Part shown: positions 10,001-18,673 of the stretch, piece by piece | How positions within the stretch are numbered: the first letter of the stretch is position 1 | Layout: each line of letters opens with the position of its first letter | Origin: an uncultured Pseudomonadales bacterium | Lineage (GTDB): Bacteria; Patescibacteriota; Microgenomatia; UBA1400; PJMF01 | NCBI GenBank assembly: GCA_964653045.1 | Contig: CAZZBW010000001.1 | Coordinates: 617 to 64,616, forward strand | DNA length: 64,000 nucleotides | Direction: 5' to 3' | Notes under the pieces: generated by a model | What the model was told of the DNA's origin: nothing | Database searches by the model: none | Seen by the model: the letters and a program-made list of their open reading frames with translations, nothing else | Made by a program: the position numbers and the translations under genes

Positions 10001-13000
10001 TTTGTAGTAGTCAGATCTCCAGCTGTGTCCGGAACTGTACTAACCAACGCTCCATCAAGGTAAAGGTAAAGGTTTTTTGTGTCTGAAACCATTACGCCAT
10101 GGTGCCACAATGTATCTTCAACGCTATTTGGAGAGGCCGCCGTAACTTTACTTGTGCCGTCACCAATTACCGCCTTTAACACACTTCCACCGTAGTCACG
10201 ATCAATATATAAGCTGTAACCTGGACCACTATCGTAGTTATCGCTCCATTTTTTATCAACAATCTGTTGGAAACCGGTAGAACCGGTGGATTTAAACCAA
10301 GCGGAAACTGTGAATTGATCGCTATCGGTCATGCTGAAATTATTACCGAAATTAACCACATCACCGTCTGCGTCAAACAATCCGCCATTGCTGTATTTTC
10401 CGGTACTGATGGTTGCATTGGTAGATGTTCCATTTTTACTGTTGCCGCTGCTATCTAGTACCTCACCTGAGGTACCGTTCCAGCTGGCCTCGTCCATCTT
10501 CCAGTAGCCGACCAAGCCTTGGCCGAGGGCGCCTTCGGCGCCATCACCGATGAATCCCGCGCTGATTCCTTTGACGCTGCCTCTGGCAGCGTACTCGGTC
10601 ATAATTTGAGTCGTATTTAGCGCATAGGTATAGACGCGCACCTCATCGATGAAACCTTTCCACGGATTACTACTGCCATCGCTATCGATGCCAACATAAA
10701 ATGTGGTGTTACTGCCGGACAATCCTCCTGTGGCTGTCAGTGCAGTAGTGACCATCTTCATTCCATCCACATACACATTAATACTATCTGTTTCTTTGAC
10801 CGCAGTGATGAAGTGCCACTCGGAATCGGCAAAGCTATCAGTCGAGCAAGCCGCGTCGTTTGGCCCCCAAGTGCTGTCGTCATCCACGCCAAAACAGACT
10901 TGCCCGCTGGCATTCATGTAGAGTTTGTACCCACTGGAAGAGTAACGACTGATCAGTGTTTGTTGAGCGCTGGCACCCGATGGGGCTTTAAACCAAGTTG
11001 AGACAGTGAAAGGTTTGGTAGTCGGATCGAGCTCAATGTCATTGTTGTAGGTTTTGGTCACGTAATCATTGGTGCCGTCAAACTGGAGACTTTTGCCATC
11101 TGGCGCGGAGCCGTACTCATCATCAGACCAAAGCGCCCCACTAATAGTGGCATTATTACCTTGATTGGAGCTATCGTATGCGATCTCGCCGAAACCATCG
11201 TCAAACTTCCAGAAAGCTACTGGGCCCTCCTGACCAGAAAACTGCTCAGTGTAATCAGTTTGCAGTTCGTGTGAGCCCAGGCCGGAGTAGTAGAGCGAGG
11301 CGACTTCGGAGGCGGTGAGGGAAGTTTGAAATGTTCTAAAATCAGATATATTTTGGTTTGCAATTATTGAATTGACTGTTCCGAGCCTAAAACTTGATGG
11401 AGTTGACATTGTATAGCTAGCATCAGTGCCATTAAGGCTTCCGTTTGAATAACCTCGAAGATTGGATCCGTCCCACGTAATAACATAATGCATCCATTTT
11501 TTAATTGGTGCTGCAGTTAAATTAACACTTCCGTCATTAGCGACATTAATATTAAAATCAACTTGATTAGTGCTTTGACAATTGTTCGTTGATGAAAGAA
11601 CTCTAAGAGCCCCTAAGCCTGAGCCAACATCAATCAAGCCACCTCCGTAATTCCAGCCCCTTCCTGTTCCATCCCAGCAATGATTAAGTTTTATCCAAAA
11701 AGATATTGATCCTGAGTTTTGTAAAATATTGTTTGTAGCGCTAAACGACAAATTGTCGACCTGCCTAGTGCTTGATGAATCATGCTCTGATGATAACCAG
11801 GAGTATCCAGTTCCCAAACTCCCATCAGCATACGTAGTCGCATAGGCCTTTTCCTCCAACTGCACGCCATCGATATAGATAGTTTTGCCAGAAAGAGCCT
11901 GGACGCCGTAGTTGCCGGAGGCATTTGCGGTAGCCGCTGAGTAGGAAAGTCGCCACCAGCCCCCGCCCATATCGGTATAGGCACTTGGTGTAACAACAGA
12001 GCCATTGAACACCAGCTTGGCCGCGGTGGCAGAAACCGCGCCACCCACATTACCTGTCGTGCCATCGTACACATAAGCAGATAGAGTATGAGTGTTGGTA
12101 TTGCCAGGGTTGATTGAAGTCACATACCCTCGACCATCTCCCCCAATATTGACTAATTTAGCCGAACTAGTGGCGAACTTACTGTATGGAGAAGTAGTGT
12201 TCTGAGAGGCAGAAATTGGTTCTGGGGCCAGTGCTGCATCTCCCTGATTTGCTCCGTTGGAATTTGAACCCCAGTAGGCAATGTTGGGGGCGTCGGCAAA
12301 GGTACTGGGGATAGACGACAAGGTAATCCTAGCCGTGCCGTCCACTGACAGCACCATCGTGCCGCCGCCAGTGTACGTAATTTGCATGGCATAAGTGGTG
12401 CCGGCGCTGATCGCGCCAGTGGCAGTCCAGGTAGAACTGGTGACTGTGCCGCCATTCATCTGATACTCTAGTCTCAAGGTGTTGGCGGCACTCCAGTACA
12501 GAGCAATGTAATCTGTGGCGCCACTCATCAGCTTGGCAATGTATGGAGTCGTTTCACCAAACTTGGCAACATCCGCCGCTGAGTGGCGCGGCGTGTACGA
12601 GAAATTAATCGTACCTGTGCTAGCCGTGAGTGAGGGTAGGGTATGGGTGTAGGTGTCCTTACCATCAACACGAAGTTGGTCAGATTCGGTGGAGGAAGAT
12701 AAGGAAGAGGGACTAACGATCACCATTGCAGGGTTTAAAGTGTATGAGTAAAAATCATCCCAGTCTGAAGTTGTCCCCCCACTTGCTCCAGATTGAGCCT
12801 GTCCCGAGAAGTTGTTTGAATTTACTGCTTTTACTATTCCGTTATATCTTTTCCAAACCAAGTTGCTATTTTCCGCACCCATTGAAAAACCACAGTTTGG
12901 ATCAGTTGGAGAACAGTAGTTTGTTTGCAATTGGAAACCCGTATTGTAATTACTTCGAAAGTATTGTGGGTAGGTTGGGGTTCCATAATCATATTTATAA

Positions 13001-16000
13001 AAACCAAATGAAAAAAATTGATCAGTAGTTTTTGCAATTGTTCCAGAATTTATTCCTTCATACCATGACGAGCCATCAACGTAGGTTATCTTGAACGAAC
13101 TTAGACCAGACCGGTTATTAGTTGTCTCTTGTATTCCTTCTCCAGGCTCTAAGTTACTACTGCTCCACCATGTTGGAATCCATGGATCTCCAGCTCCAAT
13201 TTCAAAAGAGGGATTTGAAAATTTATTTTCTAAAACTTCCACCTGGTGCCAGTAAGCCGTGCCGCTAGCAGCTGTGCTTACTAGTTTAATTCTTACTGTT
13301 GTTGTGGCAGTTTGGCCACCAGTTAAGTTGGTACCAGAAACTGTAGTATTGTCAGCAGTTTCTGAGAGAGCGACATTTCCAGATGCTCCAGCGTTAATTG
13401 CTGTAAGGATGATATTTCCTCCTGATGCAGCAGCAGTCACCACTGTATGTGCAGTAACACCAGTTCCGTATTTATAGTTAGTATTTAGTGTTCCAGCATT
13501 GGTAATCGCTCTGCGTAAATTATCAGCAGTATTGGTATAGGCAGCACCGATTAGTACCCAGGCCTCGCCTGGATTTGGTGTTCCGAGTAGTGAAGTTTTA
13601 AAGATGTATGTTTGTGTGTCAATAGTGACGGTTTGAGTATCGGCAGGTTGGCCAGTCATGCTAATCCATCCGCGCGCTTTACCATCCGGTGCCTCACCAG
13701 TGAACAACAGCATGTTTGGCGCGGTCCGAGTAGAAGTGGTAGTACCAGTTAGGCTGCCAATCTCTGCACCATTAGTTTGATCGAAGAGAATTAATTTAGG
13801 TACAGAAGTACCATCAGAGTGAGCTAATCCCCTGATAACAAAATCTTGTCCTGCTGTAACAGTAATGTCTTTATATATTCCTTCATTAGCAGCATCTGAA
13901 GTAACTTTGTATCCACCACCATAGATCTTCTCAGTACTAGCTAGAGCAGCTACAGAAGTAGGTGTACCTTCATCAGCAAATCCATCAGTAGTGTAAGTAC
14001 CATTAAGCATGAATCCAGCTGCACCGTTAGTGCCTCCTAATAAGTTACTCGCGTGTGGGTGGGACCACGCTTCGCCGGTGCCAGTTACGAGATTTCCTAC
14101 TGAAGAATTTGTGGGCAAGGCAAAGACAATATCCCAGGAGCCGGTAATCAGGGTGGGATCGGTGCCACCTGAGTTTTTGACTACTGTGACCTCGTCTACA
14201 CCAGCGTTGGCATTCACGCCATACATTCCATCAAATAATACACGCCGATAGATAGTCAGTCCTTCAATCAGACCAGACGCCGCCCCAGTGGTGCCATTTG
14301 AACCCACATAAATCTTGGTGGCTGGTACTGAAGCCGAAGGTTGAGTAGTAATGCCATACGTATGCGTATCGTCAATCGAGAGTGCGGCATAGTTTGTGCC
14401 ATCAAGAGTGGTTTTAGTATCCCAGCGCGCCACTAATCCTTGGGAAGTACCAGCCACAATATTTGAGGCTACAGTCATTGTTTGACCACCAGCGCCAAGT
14501 TGGTATCGGTCATTGGCGTAATCATAGGCCAGGTAATAGTTGGCGTTGGCATAATACAGATAATGAAGACCAGAACCGGATAGAGAGTTGTATGAATATT
14601 CTGGTGTCCACCACAGCGCCACCGAGCCTTGGGTAGTGTCAAAGTTGGTATAAAAATACTCACCGATAGATTTTTCGCGGTGGAAGGAGAGGGTATCATC
14701 GGTTAAACCGCTGGTGTTAGTTGGATCACCTTGAACCAGAACACCAGCGGTGAATGGACCTGAGCTGGAGCCATTACGCTTTGCCAGACTTGGGTTGGTG
14801 GGGCTAAAACGGACGTCGGCCAAGATGAATGTTGAGCCAGTGGTGGCTGGTGCGAATAAGGCATCTCCTTGTCGGTCACCTTCTTTACGCGAGCCCCAAA
14901 AGGCGAGGTAAGGCGCTACGGCAAAGTTGGCGGGGATGGTGCTCAAGGTAATGCGGGTGGTGCCAGCAACTGCTAATGTCATATTCGAACCGCCGGTGTA
15001 ATCGATCTGGATGTCGTAGGTAGTCCCAGCCACAATCGCGCCGGTAGCATTCCAAGTACTACTGCCGGTGGTGCCATTCATGCTGTAAGCCAAGGTAATA
15101 GTGTTGGCGGCATTCCAGTACAGGCGGATGTAGTCAGTGGCGGTGCCCACAAACTCAGCAATATATGCATCAGTGACCTCGATGAATTTGAGTGCATCCG
15201 CAGCTGAGTGGCGGGGAGTGTACTTGAATTTTATCGAGCCGGAACCATCGCTTAAGCTAGAGATTTCTTGAATCGCCATATCGCGGCCATCCACACGCAG
15301 GCCGGCGGTTTCAGTTGAGTTGAGTTGAGAGGAGGGAGTGAGAAATAAATTAATGTCTTGATTTTGTACCACATATAAATCATCTACCAGGGTGTATGTT
15401 GCGTAACTGGGGTGACCAAGCAAAGCAAAAGCATTGTTCCAAAGAGCTGCCCCGAACCTAGCCACTCCTTTGCTGTGTGTCCATGCAGTATCTGCTGATC
15501 CAACAGCAAACGTTGTGTTTGGAAGATGTTGAAATGTTAGAGCATTTGAGGCGTTATACGAACTAAATCTTGGAGCGTAAGATGAGGAGGTAACTTTATT
15601 AAACCCTCCAATAGAATAAAAACCGTTTGGAGATGTAAAAATATTTGTTGTCCAAATATTTTTGATATTACTCCAGCCGCTCATAAGTATTGAGTTAGCT
15701 CCACTATGAGCGTCCGCAGAGCTTGAAAGTTCTCCTACCGCAGGTCCTGGAGATCCACCACTCCAACCAGTTGGCATCCAAGGATCACCTGACCCTGATG
15801 CAAAAGAGGGATTGGTAAGTAAATTTCGTATCACCTCTACCTGATGCCAGTAAGCAATCCCAGATGCAGCAGTATTGATTAGCTTGACTCGAATAGTGGT
15901 ACATCCCGTGGGTGCCTCACCAGTAAACAACAGCATGTTTGGCGCGGTCCGAGTAGAAGTGGTAGTACCAGTTAGGCTGCCAATCTCTGCACCATTAGTT

Positions 16001-18672
16001 TGATCGAAGAGAATTAATTTAGGTACAGAAGTACCATCAGAGTGAGCTAATCCTCGTATGACAAAATCTTGTCCAGCTGTAACAGTAATGTCTTTATATA
16101 TACCTTCATTAGCTGCATCTGAAGTAACTTTATAACCACCCCCATAGATCTTTTCGGTACTAGAGAGTGCGACCACAGAACTTGGTGTACCTTCATCGGC
16201 AAAACCATCAGCAGTATAGGTGCCATTGAGCATAAACCCAGCTGCTCCATTCGTCCCTCCCAACAAGTTGCTCGCATGAGGATGTGACCAAGCTTCGCCG
16301 GTGCCAGAGCTCATGGCTCCCACACTACTATTAGTAGGCAGTGCAAACACCACATCCCAAGAACCAGTGACAAGAGTTGGGTCTTTAGAACTTGCCACAG
16401 AACCATTCCAAACTTGAGAGAGCTCATTCCCATTACCAACATCAATACCATTGGTCCCATCAAATAAGGGCCTTCTATAGATTGTTAAACCTTCAATGAT
16501 AGCGTTGGCAGGATACTGACCCAACCAGGTTGCATGACCAACCCCGCCAATTGTAAATGCTCCTGAATAGTTGTTGCTTGTAATAGCAGTTGTTCTTCCG
16601 TACGTGGTGGTGCCATTAACTGTTAGACTCAAATAGTTTGTACCATCAAGCGTATTATCAAGGTCCCATCTAGCAACAACCTGGTAGGTAGTTCCAGCAG
16701 TCCAACTAATGGGCACGCTCAGACTTTGGTTATATGCTAGGTCTAAGACTAGACTGGAAGTGTCGTGATAAACCTGGAACCAGTTGTGATGGGAGAGAAA
16801 CACATGTCTTCCCGAGCCTGCTCCAGAGTTCCATTCTGGAGTTACCCAAAAAACCACAGAACCCTGGTTTCGATCAAAGATATCACCAAACTGATTAGAA
16901 ATTACTTTTGGAGTTTGAACCTTAATCAGATCTCGTGGATACTGAGCATCCGAAGAATAACCACCTTGGACAATGGGGGCGGCGGTAAATGGGCCGGGGG
17001 CATTGCGCTTGGCGAGCGATTGACTGCCTTGGGTGAAAGTTTCAAAAGAGTTGCCCCCGGCCGACCAATTGGTATTGTAGGTAGTGTGTTCAAAGCTGGG
17101 ATTGGTGATTTTGTTGGTGGTGCCTTCTTCGATGAAAACACCTTCGTGAGAAGCATATGATTGAGATGGAGCTTTGCCAGTGTCGGTGGCGGAGGCATCG
17201 ACACCCACTAGGCCAGAAACGTACTTGGCACCGGTGATGGTGCCGTGATTAGCGTTGCCTGAATCGTCAATGGCTTTGCCAGTATTGCGTGGGTCATCGC
17301 CGTTTTCATCAAAGTGGAGGAGGAGCTTGGTGTACTCGTCACGGACGAAGGGAGTGGTTTGGGGGGTGAAGTTGGTGGCATAGCGCTTGATGTTGGAGAT
17401 TCTAACTTCATCTTGCAAACCTCTGTAATAAATACTTGATCCGGAAGCAGCACCAAGAGTAAGGTTAGACGTGTTATCAGTTGCGTATGTACCGCTACCA
17501 GCTGTTTTTGATGAATTAGATAAGACACCGTTAAGATAAATATCGCTACTTTTTGTCGTGGCATCCCACACAACGGCCCAGTGAATCCATTGATCTGAAG
17601 AAGTGCCAGAAGAGTAAGTGCGAGCATCACTGGTCAGATTCACAACAAAATCAATCATTGACGGGCTAGTTCCACCAGCCAGTCTAACAAGCCAACCCCC
17701 AGTACCTCCTTTAGAAATTAAAATAGGATAATTGCCGTTTTGAGTGTTTCTATACATCCATCCCTCAACCGTCATATCAGAATTTGGTAAATCGTCTAGA
17801 CTACCATCTGTTCCTGAATCTAATGTGTCATTGATTCCATCAAAACTCATTGCGCTTTTGGCGCCGGAGTAGCGGATGGCGCCGGTGGCGGTGGTGGGGG
17901 TTTCGGCACCGGCGCTGTTGACGCAAGTGGTATCGCCGTTGAAAGGGCAAACAAGCGTGGCTTGTTTGCCACCAACATCAAAAGCGCTGACGCTGGCTTC
18001 GGAAACGGCGGAATCGTTATCGTAGTATAAATAGTACTCAGTATCAGTAACATTATTACTCAAACTGGCTTGGAGCGGGAAGTAGAGCTTGGTCGCTTCG
18101 CTATCGCTGCAACCGGTTGTACCAGAGGCAGGATCGAAATAGTAAGCGAGCTTAGTATTGGTATTTTCATCCGGCTGGTAATAGATCCGCAGGTCAGAGC
18201 AATCGCTATTTAGATCACCAGCGTCCACCAGCTCCTTGGTATTTAGAGTAATGGAGTAGGTGGTGGTGGCGATTAAGGTTTGTCCAGAGTTGTTGATTAG
18301 GCTGAGGCGTTTACGTTTCTGCCAATCTGTGGCAGTGGTGGCCCAGGGGGCAGCCTTGGTCTGATTAGGGCGAATTAGAGTCAGGTAAACAGTTGGACCG
18401 ACCAGGAGAATCAGCGCACCCGCGAAGAGGGCCAGCTTGCGACGGTGGGCGCGCAGGCGCGCAGGAATAATTGACCACAATCGGCTATTACTTATTATTT
18501 TGAGTAACTTTGTGCCTTTTTGAGTAACTAATTTTGCTAATTTGTTCCGGATTGGTTTTGTGTGATTAAGTAACCTTGGCGCATATTTAGATACAAATAA
18601 ATGCAATTGATGGAGTAACTTAAAAAAGGATCGAGAAAAGTGGGTAGTAAATTGGGCAACGCGGTATTTCAT
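7060..18672 (-). CDS. Giant (3870 aa) membrane-anchored surface protein with CBM4/9-like modules and at least 7 LamG (concanavalin-A-like lectin) domains
   Basis: Basic N-terminus plus one TM helix (LALFAGALILLVGPTVYLTLI). Repeated NPSFE...W modules. Seven C-terminal LamG signatures (e.g. DEVRVYTYALNTTQI, DETRVYNRALSPAEVQALYN, DDVQIFNYALTQDQI). Start codon lies 1 nt after the stop of the upstream giant ORF. Confidence 0.8.
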   Translation of the reverse strand: MKYRVAQFTTHFSRSFFKLLHQLHLFVSKYAPRLLNHTKPIRNKLAKLVTQKGTKLLKIISNSRLWSIIPARLRAHRRKLALFAGALILLVGPTVYLTLIRPNQTKAAPWATTATDWQKRKRLSLINNSGQTLIATTTYSITLNTKELVDAGDLNSDCSDLRIYYQPDENTNTKLAYYFDPASGTTGCSDSEATKLYFPLQASLSNNVTDTEYYLYYDNDSAVSEASVSAFDVGGKQATLVCPFNGDTTCVNSAGAETPTTATGAIRYSGAKSAMSFDGINDTLDSGTDGSLDDLPNSDMTVEGWMYRNTQNGNYPILISKGGTGGWLVRLAGGTSPSMIDFVVNLTSDARTYSSGTSSDQWIHWAVVWDATTKSSDIYLNGVLSNSSKTAGSGTYATDNTSNLTLGAASGSSIYYRGLQDEVRISNIKRYATNFTPQTTPFVRDEYTKLLLHFDENGDDPRNTGKAIDDSGNANHGTITGAKYVSGLVGVDASATDTGKAPSQSYASHEGVFIEEGTTNKITNPSFEHTTYNTNWSAGGNSFETFTQGSQSLAKRNAPGPFTAAPIVQGGYSSDAQYPRDLIKVQTPKVISNQFGDIFDRNQGSVVFWVTPEWNSGAGSGRHVFLSHHNWFQVYHDTSSLVLDLAYNQSLSVPISWTAGTTYQVVARWDLDNTLDGTNYLSLTVNGTTTYGRTTAITSNNYSGAFTIGGVGHATWLGQYPANAIIEGLTIYRRPLFDGTNGIDVGNGNELSQVWNGSVASSKDPTLVTGSWDVVFALPTNSSVGAMSSGTGEAWSHPHASNLLGGTNGAAGFMLNGTYTADGFADEGTPSSVVALSSTEKIYGGGYKVTSDAANEGIYKDITVTAGQDFVIRGLAHSDGTSVPKLILFDQTNGAEIGSLTGTTTSTRTAPNMLLFTGEAPTGCTTIRVKLINTAASGIAYWHQVEVIRNLLTNPSFASGSGDPWMPTGWSGGSPGPAVGELSSSADAHSGANSILMSGWSNIKNIWTTNIFTSPNGFYSIGGFNKVTSSSYAPRFSSYNASNALTFQHLPNTTFAVGSADTAWTHSKGVARFGAALWNNAFALLGHPSYATYTLVDDLYVVQNQDINLFLTPSSQLNSTETAGLRVDGRDMAIQEISSLSDGSGSIKFKYTPRHSAADALKFIEVTDAYIAEFVGTATDYIRLYWNAANTITLAYSMNGTTGSSTWNATGAIVAGTTYDIQIDYTGGSNMTLAVAGTTRITLSTIPANFAVAPYLAFWGSRKEGDRQGDALFAPATTGSTFILADVRFSPTNPSLAKRNGSSSGPFTAGVLVQGDPTNTSGLTDDTLSFHREKSIGEYFYTNFDTTQGSVALWWTPEYSYNSLSGSGLHYLYYANANYYLAYDYANDRYQLGAGGQTMTVASNIVAGTSQGLVARWDTKTTLDGTNYAALSIDDTHTYGITTQPSASVPATKIYVGSNGTTGAASGLIEGLTIYRRVLFDGMYGVNANAGVDEVTVVKNSGGTDPTLITGSWDIVFALPTNSSVGNLVTGTGEAWSHPHASNLLGGTNGAAGFMLNGTYTTDGFADEGTPTSVAALASTEKIYGGGYKVTSDAANEGIYKDITVTAGQDFVIRGLAHSDGTSVPKLILFDQTNGAEIGSLTGTTTSTRTAPNMLLFTGEAPDGKARGWISMTGQPADTQTVTIDTQTYIFKTSLLGTPNPGEAWVLIGAAYTNTADNLRRAITNAGTLNTNYKYGTGVTAHTVVTAAASGGNIILTAINAGASGNVALSETADNTTVSGTNLTGGQTATTTVRIKLVSTAASGTAYWHQVEVLENKFSNPSFEIGAGDPWIPTWWSSSNLEPGEGIQETTNNRSGLSSFKITYVDGSSWYEGINSGTIAKTTDQFFSFGFYKYDYGTPTYPQYFRSNYNTGFQLQTNYCSPTDPNCGFSMGAENSNLVWKRYNGIVKAVNSNNFSGQAQSGASGGTTSDWDDFYSYTLNPAMVIVSPSSLSSSTESDQLRVDGKDTYTHTLPSLTASTGTINFSYTPRHSAADVAKFGETTPYIAKLMSGATDYIALYWSAANTLRLEYQMNGGTVTSSTWTATGAISAGTTYAMQITYTGGGTMVLSVDGTARITLSSIPSTFADAPNIAYWGSNSNGANQGDAALAPEPISASQNTTSPYSKFATSSAKLVNIGGDGRGYVTSINPGNTNTHTLSAYVYDGTTGNVGGAVSATAAKLVFNGSVVTPSAYTDMGGGWWRLSYSAATANASGNYGVQALSGKTIYIDGVQLEEKAYATTYADGSLGTGYSWLSSEHDSSSTRQVDNLSFSATNNILQNSGSISFWIKLNHCWDGTGRGWNYGGGLIDVGSGLGALRVLSSTNNCQSTNQVDFNINVANDGSVNLTAAPIKKWMHYVITWDGSNLRGYSNGSLNGTDASYTMSTPSSFRLGTVNSIIANQNISDFRTFQTSLTASEVASLYYSGLGSHELQTDYTEQFSGQEGPVAFWKFDDGFGEIAYDSSNQGNNATISGALWSDDEYGSAPDGKSLQFDGTNDYVTKTYNNDIELDPTTKPFTVSTWFKAPSGASAQQTLISRYSSSGYKLYMNASGQVCFGVDDDSTWGPNDAACSTDSFADSEWHFITAVKETDSINVYVDGMKMVTTALTATGGLSGSNTTFYVGIDSDGSSNPWKGFIDEVRVYTYALNTTQIMTEYAARGSVKGISAGFIGDGAEGALGQGLVGYWKMDEASWNGTSGEVLDSSGNSKNGTSTNATISTGKYSNGGLFDADGDVVNFGNNFSMTDSDQFTVSAWFKSTGSTGFQQIVDKKWSDNYDSGPGYSLYIDRDYGGSVLKAVIGDGTSKVTAASPNSVEDTLWHHGVMVSDTKNLYLYLDGALVSTVPDTAGDLTTTNPFVIGASGHSTYSQNFKGNIDETRVYNRALSPAEVQALYNWAPGPIGYWKFDEGTGTSAFDYSGKDNVGTMEGSMSESSWTVGQYSSGLQFNGADYLNVNSSASIESVVSNKPWTVGFWAKAEDSGQQSYEDIAIGWGTHVSGGYNSARVGVTDTSFNFETYGFSATGVTGNLSEWNYITVSYDGQNIKQFLNGQQKTSQSIVLNVATSQPLSIGGSIYNYTTRSFQGKLDDIKLYNYARTSQQIVEDMNAGHPPPGSPVGSALVHLKFDEGYGETLHNSGSGGSSYNADMGGACPGATTCPSWNNNSKLDKGLSFDGAANPDGDYATMNLPGLIDSGTSSFSISAWLKKNANGGNSVTIAKFGFHGGIVPNASNSFGCMLANTSLANFAVNNSGVLGEWNHYVCQYDSGTGKLRLFVDGSLKGETTVTGTVYNYSDVLYIGGNGGNYASNFNVDELKIYNHFLDESQIQAEFNMGKATVMGALSTDASGEASNASDRSYCPPGDSTGSCAPVAEWKLDEGTGQVTNDTTGNANTGQLGSTSGSDTTDPVWTNGKIGKALSFDGSNDYVKYAGNNTGLSGNFAGTFEAWINPADYTQENQVIVGVLPTVTGTGNHAAIILSVTGAGSGRIGLHTGTCGQNTSTQVITENNNWYHVAVVKSPGLIASTTKIYINGEEKTTSNQFSNCTPNLAGEKIEIGAGWWDSDTAYPFEGQIDHVQIFNYARTPAQIAWDYNRGDPVAHYKMDECSGTTVHSSNETYDANLNGTWGGTGGGAQTAAGDCSTPSTAWGNGATGQFNASLNFDGTDDFITIPRSSIIEPASISYSAWVYRTTTSAGAKSIIGKTYNNDGAAPFASYAMIYDRSNDNKVECFLGFTDNSYALDVDSVNDIPNNTWTHITCTYDQATAKIYINGQMEKSVVLNKTLKYDTTSTGNLYIGAGKASPTTTWDGQIDDVQIFNYALTQDQIQTVYNNGAVFFTE
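13688..14300. repeat. About 600-bp intragenic repeat in the 3870-aa gene, copy A (about 95% identical to 15912-16520)
   Basis: Both copies encode TGEAWSHPHASNLLGGTNGAAGFMLNGTYT.DGFADEGTP...KLILFDQTNGAEIGSLTGTTTSTRTAPNMLLFTGEAP with only a few substitutions. Confidence 0.75.
15912..16520. repeat. About 600-bp intragenic repeat in the 3870-aa gene, copy B
   Basis: See copy A. Confidence 0.75.
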
Positions 18673-18673
18673 A

